NCBI GenBank assembly: GCA_002420235.1
Contig: DIHQ01000091.1
Location: forward strand, 1-46,038
Origin: Flavobacteriales bacterium UBA5692
GTDB taxonomy: Bacteria; Bacteroidota; Bacteroidia; Flavobacteriales_D; Sanyastnellaceae
DNA: 46,038 bases
Direction: 5' to 3'
Below the pieces are notes generated by a model. The model saw only the letters and a list, made by a program, of their open reading frames with translations, was not told the origin of the DNA and made no database searches. A program made the position numbers and the translations under genes. This document shows, piece after piece, positions 27,570 through 37,057 of the stretch. How positions within the stretch are numbered: position 1 is the stretch's first letter; each line of letters begins with the position of its first letter.

Positions 27570-28244
27570 ATGTACGAAGGGCTGCCCTTACCAATTTCCC
27601 CGCTGCACGTTTATTCACTCCCTTTATGGATATGTGCACTCGGGATTGGGGCAACCGCTTTGCTGAGGGTTCAATTCGACAGAGAGTGGACATTGACCAT
27701 GTGGACAGCCTACCAAATAAAACGCGTCTGGCAACGCCTCGCTGACGAATCTGCCCGCACTGGAGGGACCTTGACTAGCCATTCCATTGGTATTATCTGT
27801 TGGGCATTATTAGGTTCTTTGTGGGGTGTCAACACATCGAAAACGATAGCCACAGAAGTCGCTGTAAATGGTGCAATCTGGGGGGGAGGACTCGGGTTAA
27901 TCACACTAATAACAAGGCGGATTGGCGGTTGGATAGGATCGTGGGTGACGCTCGAAGAAGAAGCAATTCAACGGGGGTTTGAAGTGGATCGTCACATGCG
28001 GAATTGGCTGCTTTGGCTTCTTATCTCTCTAGTAATTTGGGAGTTAACTCATTTCAATGGTTTCGAGGACCGTGGGGAAACGTGGCAGCACGTTTGCACC
28101 TTCTGGTGGGTTTGGCTCGTAATCAAGTGGACACGTCAATTTCAATCAGTCTTAAATGAACGGCTTCATATTGGATGGGGAATTGCGTACATTTGCACCC
28201 TCGAAATTGGACCATCCTTGGTGCTGTATTGGTATTTAAGGTGA
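27570..28244 (+). CDS. Polytopic membrane protein (recalled as DUF4271 family)
   Basis: 224 aa with about 6 hydrophobic segments. It sits directly upstream of the HemD-like gene, the position DUF4271 genes occupy in Flavobacteriia as I recall. Confidence 0.55.
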   Translation: MYEGLPLPISPLHVYSLPLWICALGIGATALLRVQFDREWTLTMWTAYQIKRVWQRLADESARTGGTLTSHSIGIICWALLGSLWGVNTSKTIATEVAVNGAIWGGGLGLITLITRRIGGWIGSWVTLEEEAIQRGFEVDRHMRNWLLWLLISLVIWELTHFNGFEDRGETWQHVCTFWWVWLVIKWTRQFQSVLNERLHIGWGIAYICTLEIGPSLVLYWYLR

Positions 28245-28273
28245 TTCAATGAAGGAAGAACTGAAGAATCAAT

Positions 28274-29017
28274 ATGGTGAATAAGCTCAAGACCGTCCTG
28301 ATTTCACAGCCGAAACCCACCACGGAAAAATCCCCGTATTTTGACTTGGCTGACCGTCAGAAATTGACCATTGATTTCCGCCCATTCATTCACGTCGAAG
28401 GCGTGGAACCACAAGATTTTCGCCAGCAGCGAATTGACTTGGCGGAACACACTGCAGTTATCCTTACCAGCAGAAACGCTGTGGACCACTTTTTTCGGTT
28501 AGCTGCTGACCTGCGCTTCGAAGTGCCTGACACCATGAAGTATTTCTGCATCAGCGAAGCAACTGCTTTTTACCTGCAGAAATATGTAGTTTATCGAAAG
28601 CGTAAAATTTTCTTTGGAAAGCATCGATTCCAGGACCTCATGGATAGTATCATAAAGCACAAGCAAGAGAAGTTCCTTTTGCCTTGCAGCGACTTAATGA
28701 AGCCATCCATTCCCAAACTACTTGATGATGCTAGCATAAATTATACGCGGGCTATGATGTACCGAACTGTTTGCAGCGACTTGAGTGATCTCAGCGACGT
28801 AAAGTACGATTGCTTGGTGTTCTACAGCCCAAGCGGAATTGAAAGCTTATTTAAGAATTTCCCAAATTTCGTTCAGGGTGAAACGCGCATTGCAACTTTC
28901 GGCCCGACAACAGCTAAGGCAGCGGAGCAAGCTAACCTGCGCATTGATATTTCAGCTCCGACTCCACAAGCCCCTTCGATGACTATGGCCATTGAGCACT
29001 ACATTCAAGGCAAATAA
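28274..29017 (+). CDS. hemD: Uroporphyrinogen-III synthase family (HEM4) protein
   Basis: 247 aa with a two-lobe HEM4-like layout (VLISQPK...ILTSRNAV..F and VFYSPSGIESLF..IATFGPTTA). Confidence 0.7.
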   Translation: MVNKLKTVLISQPKPTTEKSPYFDLADRQKLTIDFRPFIHVEGVEPQDFRQQRIDLAEHTAVILTSRNAVDHFFRLAADLRFEVPDTMKYFCISEATAFYLQKYVVYRKRKIFFGKHRFQDLMDSIIKHKQEKFLLPCSDLMKPSIPKLLDDASINYTRAMMYRTVCSDLSDLSDVKYDCLVFYSPSGIESLFKNFPNFVQGETRIATFGPTTAKAAEQANLRIDISAPTPQAPSMTMAIEHYIQGK

Positions 29018-29023
29018 CCAACG

Positions 29024-29455
29024 TTGCCGAAGACCTCGTCATTTTCCTACCCCAAATCTGAACGTCTCAGGTCCAAAAAGCTGATCGATGCTACATTTGA
29101 GAGAGGGCAGAAATTCAAGTCCTGGCCTCTTGTAGCTAAGTGGCTTGACACTGAGCTAGCCGAGGACGTGCCGTGCCAAACCCTGGTATCTGTGAGTAAG
29201 CGTTCGTTCAGACTCGCTGTGGACCGCAACCGCATTAAGCGACTGATGCGAGAGGCGTGGCGCTCACAGAAACACGCTGCCTACGCAGCCTTGCAAGAAC
29301 ACGAAAAACAACGCGCACTCGTTCTCATTTATGTGGGTAAAGAATTGCCTACTTTAGAAGGAATGCACACTAGCATGCGAACGTTAATTGCAAAAATGAT
29401 TGAAGCATTAGCCGCACCTGTGCGGCCCCAATCGGATGCCCTGAAAGATGAATAA
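29024..29455 (+). CDS. rnpA: Ribonuclease P protein component
   Basis: 143 aa from a TTG start, basic, with KSERLRSKKLIDATF..G and VSKRSFRLAVDRNRIKRLMREAWR (RNR-box-like). Confidence 0.85.
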   Translation: MPKTSSFSYPKSERLRSKKLIDATFERGQKFKSWPLVAKWLDTELAEDVPCQTLVSVSKRSFRLAVDRNRIKRLMREAWRSQKHAAYAALQEHEKQRALVLIYVGKELPTLEGMHTSMRTLIAKMIEALAAPVRPQSDALKDE

Positions 29456-31115
29456 AAAGAAGGCAAAAAAGACATGGATATGGTTGTTCCCAATTGCCGG
29501 ACTCCTCGCCGCATCAGCTCCATTGCGCGAAAACTACTTTGAATTGTCAAAGCAGTTGGAAATCATGACCGCAATGTTTCGTGAATTAAACATCTACTAC
29601 GTGGATGAAATCCAACCCGGTCAACTCATGGAAACAGGAATGGATGCCATGGTGGAAAGCCTAGATCCCTACACGATCTACTATCCCGAATCTCAGGTAG
29701 AAGATTTACGCTTCATGACCACTGGTGAATACGGCGGCATTGGTGCATCCATGCAATTCATCAACGGCCGCCACCTGATTGTCGATATTCTCCCCGATTT
29801 TCCGGCTGCCCGTGCAGGACTGAAAATCGGTGATGAGTTGGTCGCAATCGACGGTCAGTCATTGGAGGGGATAGACCCTGATATTGTACCGGAAATGCTA
29901 CAAGGTGCTAGCGGCACATCTGTCGATATCCAGTACCTGCCTAATGGATTCACCACCCCACTAGACCTGACAGTGGAGCGCGATAAAATCAAGCTCCCTG
30001 CAGTGCCCTACCGAGAGGTTATCGGAGACAGCACTGGGTACATCATTTTAAGCGCTTTCACCCGAGGCTCATCTTTTGAACTTAGACAAGCCATTCGGCA
30101 CCTAAAGGACAGCGTGGGGATCAATCAATTGGTATTGGATTTGCGTGGAAACGGGGGAGGCTTGTTGCAAGAGTCCATAAGTGTCGTGAACCTATTCGTT
30201 GAAAAGGGGCAAGAGGTAGTCAGCACTCGTGGCAAAAAGAAAGAGTGGATGAAATCCTACTCCACCATGGCGGACCCTTTGGTACCCGAACTGCCGTTAG
30301 CGGTGCTAATTGATGAAAAGTCGGCCTCGGCATCCGAGATTGTCTCCGGAACTTTACAGGACCTCGACCGCGCCATCATCGTAGGGCAGGAAAGTTTTGG
30401 GAAAGGCCTCGTTCAACAAACCAAGTCCTTGGCGTACGGCACCAAACTCAAGGTCACAGTCGCGAAATACTACACGGCAAGTGGCCGATGCATCCAGAGA
30501 CTAGACTACAGCAGCAAACGAGGAGAAGACGGCAGTGCAAACGCCTACTCAGATTCAACACGGCAAATTTTTTATACAAGAAATGGACGTCCCGTTACCG
30601 ATGGATCGGGCGTTCAGCCAGACATAAACGTGGATGTGCCCTACATGAGCTACGTACTTGAAGAATTGTACCTGAATGGTACAATTTTCGACTTTGCCAA
30701 CGCATGGAGCGCACAACATGACAGCATCCGCCCTGCCTCCACGTTTTCATTGCAAGATGTTGACTGGGATGAATTTGTCGACTTCGCAGTGAAACACGAC
30801 TCTGCAGCTTTTGAATCGAGCACGTTAAATGCTTTTGAACAGTTGGAATCCCTTGCCCGAAAAGAGCAGTTCTATGCCTCAGACTCTGTCACCTTTGATG
30901 CATTTAGATCCCTCTTAGAACCCAATGTAAAACGCGATTTAAACCGATTCCGAGAGGAAATTACCTGGGCATTAGAAGAAGAATTGGTTATGCGGTATTA
31001 CCTCCAATCCGGAGTCATTGAATGGTCCATTCCTCGCGACAGCACTCTGAATAAAGCTGTCGAACTCATGCGTTCTGAGGCACATGAGGCCATCTTGGCT
31101 GGACCGAACCCGTAA
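29448..31115 (+). CDS. S41 family C-terminal processing peptidase with PDZ domain
   Basis: 555 aa with a signal/anchor segment, a PDZ domain (AARAGLKIGDELVAIDG), DLRGNGGGLL, the Ser context SASASEIVSG, and G.ESFGKGLVQ. Overlaps the rnpA stop by 8 nt. Confidence 0.88.
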   Translation: MNKKKAKKTWIWLFPIAGLLAASAPLRENYFELSKQLEIMTAMFRELNIYYVDEIQPGQLMETGMDAMVESLDPYTIYYPESQVEDLRFMTTGEYGGIGASMQFINGRHLIVDILPDFPAARAGLKIGDELVAIDGQSLEGIDPDIVPEMLQGASGTSVDIQYLPNGFTTPLDLTVERDKIKLPAVPYREVIGDSTGYIILSAFTRGSSFELRQAIRHLKDSVGINQLVLDLRGNGGGLLQESISVVNLFVEKGQEVVSTRGKKKEWMKSYSTMADPLVPELPLAVLIDEKSASASEIVSGTLQDLDRAIIVGQESFGKGLVQQTKSLAYGTKLKVTVAKYYTASGRCIQRLDYSSKRGEDGSANAYSDSTRQIFYTRNGRPVTDGSGVQPDINVDVPYMSYVLEELYLNGTIFDFANAWSAQHDSIRPASTFSLQDVDWDEFVDFAVKHDSAAFESSTLNAFEQLESLARKEQFYASDSVTFDAFRSLLEPNVKRDLNRFREEITWALEEELVMRYYLQSGVIEWSIPRDSTLNKAVELMRSEAHEAILAGPNP

Positions 31116-31117
31116 AC

Positions 31118-32677
31118 ATGGCTTCCACAACCATCGGAACGGGTTCACATGTGCAGCTGATATACGATTCAGGGCTCGTACTCACAGCTATTGCCCTGCC
31201 ATTTTCGAATTTCCTAATGAGCCAAGGAGCCTTTCTTTTGGTGATTGCATGGGGAGTTGACCGGTGGAAAAATGGGCCCCTCTTCAGGGGCAAAACGAGA
31301 GAATATTGGCAAACACAACCCGTGCTTTGGGCTGTTTTGGCGTTGTATTCTTGGGAGCTGCTGAGCCAACTCTGGTCCACCGACTTGGCTTACGGATGGC
31401 AAGCACTTCGCATTCAACTTCCCCTCTTGGCGTTTCCTCTCATCTTAAGTACAGCTCGATGGAATCAACGCCTTGGCCTACTACGTGTACAATGGGCAAT
31501 GGCCCTAAGCGTCATTGCAGCATGCGGCACTTGCCTTTGGATGGGACTGCACAAGTCTGGGGAATTGCAACCCCGTGATTGGTCGCCATTCATATCTCAC
31601 ATCCGCTTCAGTTTGATGATCACCTTTGTATGGGGTTGGTGGTTGATTAGATGGCTAAAAAACAACGAGAAAATGGCATTGCTGATCATTATTCTCATAA
31701 CCCTGCTCGGAGGATTATTCGTATGGAAAACCGCTTCGCTAACAGGCGCAATCTTGTTTCCATTAACCTTGTTAGTCGCCTCCTGGCCATTTCAACGGCT
31801 CCGTAGGATTGTATTAACATTCTCCGTGATGGCGGTATTGGCATCAGTTGGAGCGGGATGGAGTCTGTTACCCGAGTACCCTAAGGCAGAGGTTCTTGAA
31901 ACCAAATCGCTCCGAGGCGAAGTTTACGTGAACCACCCGGACCGATGCCTACGTGAAAATGGAACCCACGTTTGGGTTCACATTGCTTGGAATGAGCTCT
32001 TCGAAGCATGGTCATTGCGCAGCTCAATGGACTTCACCGGCCAAGATGAGAGGAACCAAGAACTTAGAATGACCTTAATTCGATTTTTGGCCTCAAAAGG
32101 ATTGAAAAAAGATGCAGATGGCGTCGGCGCCCTGAGCGATGAAGAAATCCATTGGATCGAACAAGGCGTCCCTACAATCTTAGAAAAATCCCACCGCGGC
32201 CTGCAACGGCGACTCGATGTAATCAAATTCGAAATCTGGAATGCTTGGGACGGGGGTAATCCAAGCGGACATTCTTTGATACAGCGTTTTGCCTTCCTCA
32301 ACGCCGCCTGGCACATATACCAAAAGAACCCGATCCTTGGTGTTGGAATCGGTGACTTGCCATCCAGTTATGGCGCAGCTTACAACGCCTTGAACTCACC
32401 ACTTAACAGCAATTTTAGATTGCGGGCACACAATCAATTCATAACATTTTTAGTTGCCGGTGGACCCCTAAACCTTATCCTCTTACTCGTGCTATTCAGG
32501 GTGCTTATCCCTCTGCCATCTCAGATTCCAACACATCCTACCTCCGCCGCCGTATTGTTCCTAGTTGTGATTATACTTTCGTGTTTGACAGAAGACACCC
32601 TAGAAACCCAAGCCGGCGTGACCTTCACTGGATTCTTCATCGGCTTATTCGGTCGCAGGCAACCCCCACCGGTCTAA
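31118..32677 (+). CDS. O-antigen ligase (Wzy_C/WaaL-like) family membrane protein
   Basis: 519 aa with many TM segments and a large soluble loop at about aa 250-400. A His-containing loop (GHSLIQRFAFLNAAWHIYQKNPILGVGIGD) is typical of O-antigen ligase-like proteins. Starts 2 nt after the S41 peptidase stop. Confidence 0.7.
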   Translation: MASTTIGTGSHVQLIYDSGLVLTAIALPFSNFLMSQGAFLLVIAWGVDRWKNGPLFRGKTREYWQTQPVLWAVLALYSWELLSQLWSTDLAYGWQALRIQLPLLAFPLILSTARWNQRLGLLRVQWAMALSVIAACGTCLWMGLHKSGELQPRDWSPFISHIRFSLMITFVWGWWLIRWLKNNEKMALLIIILITLLGGLFVWKTASLTGAILFPLTLLVASWPFQRLRRIVLTFSVMAVLASVGAGWSLLPEYPKAEVLETKSLRGEVYVNHPDRCLRENGTHVWVHIAWNELFEAWSLRSSMDFTGQDERNQELRMTLIRFLASKGLKKDADGVGALSDEEIHWIEQGVPTILEKSHRGLQRRLDVIKFEIWNAWDGGNPSGHSLIQRFAFLNAAWHIYQKNPILGVGIGDLPSSYGAAYNALNSPLNSNFRLRAHNQFITFLVAGGPLNLILLLVLFRVLIPLPSQIPTHPTSAAVLFLVVIILSCLTEDTLETQAGVTFTGFFIGLFGRRQPPPV

Positions 32678-34450
32678 GAACCAATTTGCCACCACCTCCG
32701 CGTCTACATCCAAACCACCAGAAGGTGTTCGCTCAGATGTTGACTCCCAGCGGGCATGCGAGCCAAGTGGATGCCACCGCTGTGGCCACATTGGCGCTTC
32801 CGCACCATACAAGCCAAAACACGGCACGCCGAGGCCAGCAGCCATGTGCAATGGCCCGGTACTCGAAGCAATGAGTCCATCACACTCTGCTATCAGGGAA
32901 AGAAATTGCGTTAATGACAATTTACCTGTCGTATCCACCACATCGGGACATGGACCGAGCTCCCCAAGTAATGCTCTCCCCTCTTCAGCGGTTCCGGTCC
33001 AAAGTACACGGCACCCCCTCGACAAAAGAATCTCCATGCAAGCAAAATAACGCGCCAACGGCCAATTCGTAGCGCTATTGTTGGAGCCCGCATGCAAAAT
33101 CACATGCCGGCGACCCGGAACTATCCATTCTGCTCCGTCATCCACCTCGTTAGCAACAGTTAACCAAGGTTTTGAACTCAATTTCCCCCACTCATGCCAC
33201 ACAGTGGTATCCTCAGGAATGCTCCAGCCAGGTTGATTCAATCCAGGGGCGGGGTGCATGGACAGCGCAAGGTCCATTCCATGCCATGCTTCGTGCCGAC
33301 CGGATTCCCTCCTCGATGCGACGTTGTGAATATTCATGAACCGAGCAAAAGGCCAGCGGCGCCTCGTCCCGACGCGAACCGGCACACCTGAACGTTTGAG
33401 GAGGCGCGCAACCGTTAAGTCGGGAAACGCAAGTATCGCGGCATCATAAACCGACCAGTCCACTTCATCCGCGTTATCACATACCACCACATCATTCACT
33501 TTTACAGCAGCTCGTGCAACCGGCGCAGCATACGATTTCGTCAGAAAGTCTACTTGTAATTTCGGATTAACCGACTTCAAAAACCCTGCAATTGGGATGG
33601 TCACCGCCACATCGCCAATAGCGTCCGTTCGGCAAACGAGAACGCGCTGAATTTTGTTGCGCCCTTGCCGCCGTAGAGCACGTTTTATGAGTGCTAGATT
33701 GTGAATCTTGCGATATTTTTCTGCAGTCGCAAATGCACTCCAACGGGCAATGGTCCAACCCGTCGTTCCATCCCTCCAACCCCCTCGAAATATAGCGTTC
33801 TTCAACCACTGGAACCCCACTTTGATAGGGCGAATGGCAGGGAGAGCCAACCAATATTTACCCTGGTAAGTCTCAGCGGCTATATCTGAGAAATAAACAA
33901 TCTGACGCCGGTGATCATCAATGGAGTGGTAAGAGTAATGCAGTAAATCGCCTTTCAAAAATCCAATTTCGCCGACGCTTTTCAATTCCAACCGATCGTG
34001 TGGATTGTTTCCTCCCCACTTTGCGTTTCCTGCCCTCCACAATCGAAGTTTTGAATCGGGATACCATCCCCCATGGCGAACCCAACAGCCACAATACGAG
34101 GTCAGGCGGTTCATGCGGTAACCGTGAATGCCCAATTCAGGGGGCTCTGCTCGCAATGCGCAAATGGCCGCCGCCAATTCGGGGCTCAATGCTTCATCTG
34201 CATCCAAAGACAACAACCACAAACCCGTTGCCTGTTCAGCCGCCCAATTCTTCTGCTGAATGTGGCCTTCAAACGTATGGGTCAGCACCCGGGCACCGTA
34301 CTCCTTGGCAATGTCGACGGTCCGATCGCTAGACCCTGAATCCACAACCAAAACCTCATCGACCACACCCTTGAGGGAACCTAAGCAGCGCGCTAGGTTG
34401 CGTTCCTCGTTGTGGGCAATGATAACAGCTGATAAAAAATTAGGAGGCAT
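32645..34450 (-). CDS. Bifunctional glycosyltransferase: N-terminal GT2 (WaaE/KdtX-like) fused to C-terminal GT9 (heptosyltransferase-like)
   Basis: 601 aa. The first 255 aa or so read SAVIIAHNEERNLARCL..VLVVDSGSSDRT..LSLDADE, which is GT2. From about aa 267 the sequence has RVLVCRTDAIGDVAVTIP, then GSNNSATNWP, and finally ASSTGPLHMAAGLGVPCFGLYG, which is GT9. Confidence 0.8.
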   Translation of the reverse strand: MPPNFLSAVIIAHNEERNLARCLGSLKGVVDEVLVVDSGSSDRTVDIAKEYGARVLTHTFEGHIQQKNWAAEQATGLWLLSLDADEALSPELAAAICALRAEPPELGIHGYRMNRLTSYCGCWVRHGGWYPDSKLRLWRAGNAKWGGNNPHDRLELKSVGEIGFLKGDLLHYSYHSIDDHRRQIVYFSDIAAETYQGKYWLALPAIRPIKVGFQWLKNAIFRGGWRDGTTGWTIARWSAFATAEKYRKIHNLALIKRALRRQGRNKIQRVLVCRTDAIGDVAVTIPIAGFLKSVNPKLQVDFLTKSYAAPVARAAVKVNDVVVCDNADEVDWSVYDAAILAFPDLTVARLLKRSGVPVRVGTRRRWPFARFMNIHNVASRRESGRHEAWHGMDLALSMHPAPGLNQPGWSIPEDTTVWHEWGKLSSKPWLTVANEVDDGAEWIVPGRRHVILHAGSNNSATNWPLARYFACMEILLSRGCRVLWTGTAEEGRALLGELGPCPDVVDTTGKLSLTQFLSLIAECDGLIASSTGPLHMAAGLGVPCFGLYGAEAPMWPQRWHPLGSHARWESTSERTPSGGLDVDAEVVANWFLDRWGLPATE

Positions 34451-34543
34451 AGAGGTGTGCCGGGGGGATTACAATTCATTCGCAAGTTACTGCGGACAAA
34501 CAGGAAGTTTCTAACGAATGCTTGCACCCCCGTTTGAAGCCCT

Positions 34544-34551
34544 TAATTTTG
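34544..34551 (+). promoter_or_regulatory. Candidate -7 promoter box TAATTTTG for purD
   Basis: Exact TAnnTTTG match that ends 6 nt before the purD ATG at 34558. Confidence 0.3.
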
Positions 34552-34557
34552 TTTGCT

Positions 34558-35844
34558 ATGAATGTACTTGTGTTGGGAAGTGGCGGGCGTGAGCATGCCA
34601 TTGCTTGGAAGCTTAGTCAATCGTCTATGCTGCGGAAACTGCACATAGCACCAGGCAATGGCGGAACGGAAGCGTTAGGCGAAATGGCCGACTTGGATCC
34701 CATGGATTTTGCGGCCGTGGAACGGTATGTCAAACGCCACCAAATCGGCTTGGTGGTGGTGGGAGCAGAAGCCCCGCTGGTGGCGGGCATTGCCGACTAC
34801 TTCGAAGCATCGACGAAAACAGATGTTATGATTGTTGGGCCCAAAAAGGAAGGGGCCATGCTTGAAGGGAGTAAAGAGTTTGCGAAAACCTTCATGCAGC
34901 GGCACAACATACCAACCGCCCGATACGCCAGTTTCAACCATACACAGATGAAAGAAGCCATTTTGGCATTGGATTCGTTCCAGCCGCCATATGTATTGAA
35001 GGCAGACGGTCTGGCGGCAGGGAAAGGTGTGGTCATTACGTCTTCGAAAGAGGAGGCTGCTCAAACGCTAGAGGAGATGCTGAGTGGCAAGGCCTTTGAC
35101 GATGCAGGCCGCACAGTGGTCATTGAAGAATTCCTTGAAGGAAAGGAGCTCAGCATGTTCGCTGTTACTGACGGATCAAGTTATCACTTGCTGCCTTCTG
35201 CTAAAGACTACAAACGAATCGGTAAGGGCGATACTGGACCCAACACAGGTGGCATGGGAGCGATATCCCCTGTTCCTTTTTTGTCAGAAGAATTCAAACA
35301 AAAGGCACTAAACCAGGTTATCATTCCGACCATCAAAGGGCTCGGAAAAGAGGGTATATCGTATAAAGGAGTCATTTTTTTCGGCCTCATCAAAGTAGGC
35401 AGCGATCCATACGTTATTGAATACAACTGCCGACTCGGAGACCCTGAGACCGAAGTGGTATTACCACGGTTAAAGAGCGACCTGCTTCACCTTTTCGAAA
35501 GCCTGTGTTGCGGGTTGCTGTCGGAATATGATTTAGTCACCGATGAGCGCGCTGCGACTACCGTCATTCTCGCCAGTGAAGGCTACCCCGGCAGCTATGA
35601 AAAAGGGCGTGAAGTCAGAGGCCTCGATGAAGTGGCGGACATCGACGGAATGGTATTTCACGCAGGCACTAAAACAAGCCGCCGTAAAATTGTCACCAAT
35701 GGTGGACGAGTCGCAGCGTTAACCGGACGTGGAAGCGACGTTGAGGAAGCGCTCAAGAATAGCTATAAACTAGCCGAAAAAGTCACATTTGAAGGAGCTT
35801 ACCACCGCACGGACATCGGTGCAGACGTTCTGAATTTGGCCTAG
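34558..35844 (+). CDS. purD: Phosphoribosylamine--glycine ligase
   Basis: MNVLVLGSGGREHAIAWKL.. followed by an ATP-grasp region and GDTGPNTGGMGA. 428 aa from ATG 34558; the tracked TTG start at 34522 adds an unlikely 12 aa. Confidence 0.93.
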   Translation: MNVLVLGSGGREHAIAWKLSQSSMLRKLHIAPGNGGTEALGEMADLDPMDFAAVERYVKRHQIGLVVVGAEAPLVAGIADYFEASTKTDVMIVGPKKEGAMLEGSKEFAKTFMQRHNIPTARYASFNHTQMKEAILALDSFQPPYVLKADGLAAGKGVVITSSKEEAAQTLEEMLSGKAFDDAGRTVVIEEFLEGKELSMFAVTDGSSYHLLPSAKDYKRIGKGDTGPNTGGMGAISPVPFLSEEFKQKALNQVIIPTIKGLGKEGISYKGVIFFGLIKVGSDPYVIEYNCRLGDPETEVVLPRLKSDLLHLFESLCCGLLSEYDLVTDERAATTVILASEGYPGSYEKGREVRGLDEVADIDGMVFHAGTKTSRRKIVTNGGRVAALTGRGSDVEEALKNSYKLAEKVTFEGAYHRTDIGADVLNLA

Positions 35845-35869
35845 AACGGGTATAATTTAAGTGAGCGGG

Positions 35870-36058
35870 TCAGGCGATTCCACCTTCATCCTTCGCCTTG
35901 GCGGTGTACTTCCTTTGCAGCCATAACCACAAAAACAACCCGCAAAACCCAAGTCCAATGACAGACATGTTGAATGGCGAACTCATCGGAACAAGAATGG
36001 TTTCAAATGTCCATTCGATAAATTTCGCAAGAGGAGTAATGATTTCTTGTGTGTTCAT
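35870..36058 (-). CDS. Small membrane protein, one TM segment (possibly DUF6341-like)
   Basis: 62 aa with one strong hydrophobic helix (VIGLGFCGLFLWLWL) followed by a basic stretch (QRKYTAKAK). Similar small proteins sit beside a polytopic membrane gene in Flavobacteriia as I recall. Unverified. Confidence 0.45.
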   Translation of the reverse strand: MNTQEIITPLAKFIEWTFETILVPMSSPFNMSVIGLGFCGLFLWLWLQRKYTAKAKDEGGIA

Positions 36059-36091
36059 GCATCCTAATTTCGTAGCTAAAATACGTAACCA

Positions 36092-37030
36092 TTGATTTCA
36101 ATCCTCCGCTCCAATCAACCAATTGCGTGGGCTATCATACCGCTGACCATTTTTGGTGGACTGTTAGCACATTGGTGGGCGGGAACGCTAGACGAATTGA
36201 GCACGCTCGTTCACGGATTAGGACTGATGGGCGTGGCTTTTTTAGGACATCATATTTACATCAGTCGGCATGTAGTCGACAGAGGTGATTCGACCCTGGC
36301 TTGGCTGATTGTGTTGTGGTCCGTCACGTGGCTCAATCCTACCACATGGGTTGAAGGCCTCAGGACATGGGGAAGCCTTTTCTTAGTTTGCGCAAGTTTA
36401 TCCATGGCGCTTACCATGCACCGGCAATCGTCGACCAGTGGCATTCAATTCCGATCGGGGGCTCTTGCGGCATTTGCTATTGGACTCAACCCGAGTAATT
36501 GGGGTGTCTTCTTGGGTTTGGTTGCCATGCAAGTCAACCTGCGAACAGGCATTTTCAGGGAATGGGCCATGCTCTTCATTGGGGCAGCATGGGGAGGGGC
36601 CATTACCCTTGGTATGTTCTGGCTCATTCCAAGAACAATAAAAGCTGTTGACGTGACATCGTCCGCTACATTTCAAAGCAGCAGTTGGCTTCATTGGATG
36701 ACCCTCATCTGGGCAATTACTGGGGCAATTGTGCTGCTCCGCCGACAATCTTCATTAAATCTACGTTCACAAAATGCCCGTCTCAGTGTGCTGACTTTAG
36801 GTTGGTGCACTGCATTGGGCAGTATTTTCTCAATAGGGCCAGATGGCGGATTGGCCTTCGCCGCACTGCCTCTCTCCCCAACATTGGGACTCGCAATGGG
36901 GTTTACGTGCATTGGACTTGTGCCAAATCTGGAGCGTAAGCGGCGTATGGATAAGCCATGGCACGACGCCGTCTACTGGATGCTTGTTGGTACGGTGTTG
37001 GTTCTTTTTGTTCAGCGATTGTTGAACTGA
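36092..37030 (+). CDS. Polytopic integral membrane protein of unknown function (possibly DUF6427-like)
   Basis: 312 aa from a TTG start, with about 8-9 hydrophobic segments and no recognisable catalytic motif. Confidence 0.5.
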   Translation: MISILRSNQPIAWAIIPLTIFGGLLAHWWAGTLDELSTLVHGLGLMGVAFLGHHIYISRHVVDRGDSTLAWLIVLWSVTWLNPTTWVEGLRTWGSLFLVCASLSMALTMHRQSSTSGIQFRSGALAAFAIGLNPSNWGVFLGLVAMQVNLRTGIFREWAMLFIGAAWGGAITLGMFWLIPRTIKAVDVTSSATFQSSSWLHWMTLIWAITGAIVLLRRQSSLNLRSQNARLSVLTLGWCTALGSIFSIGPDGGLAFAALPLSPTLGLAMGFTCIGLVPNLERKRRMDKPWHDAVYWMLVGTVLVLFVQRLLN

Positions 37031-37057
37031 ATTCCAAACAATCACGACCTTCGTGTC

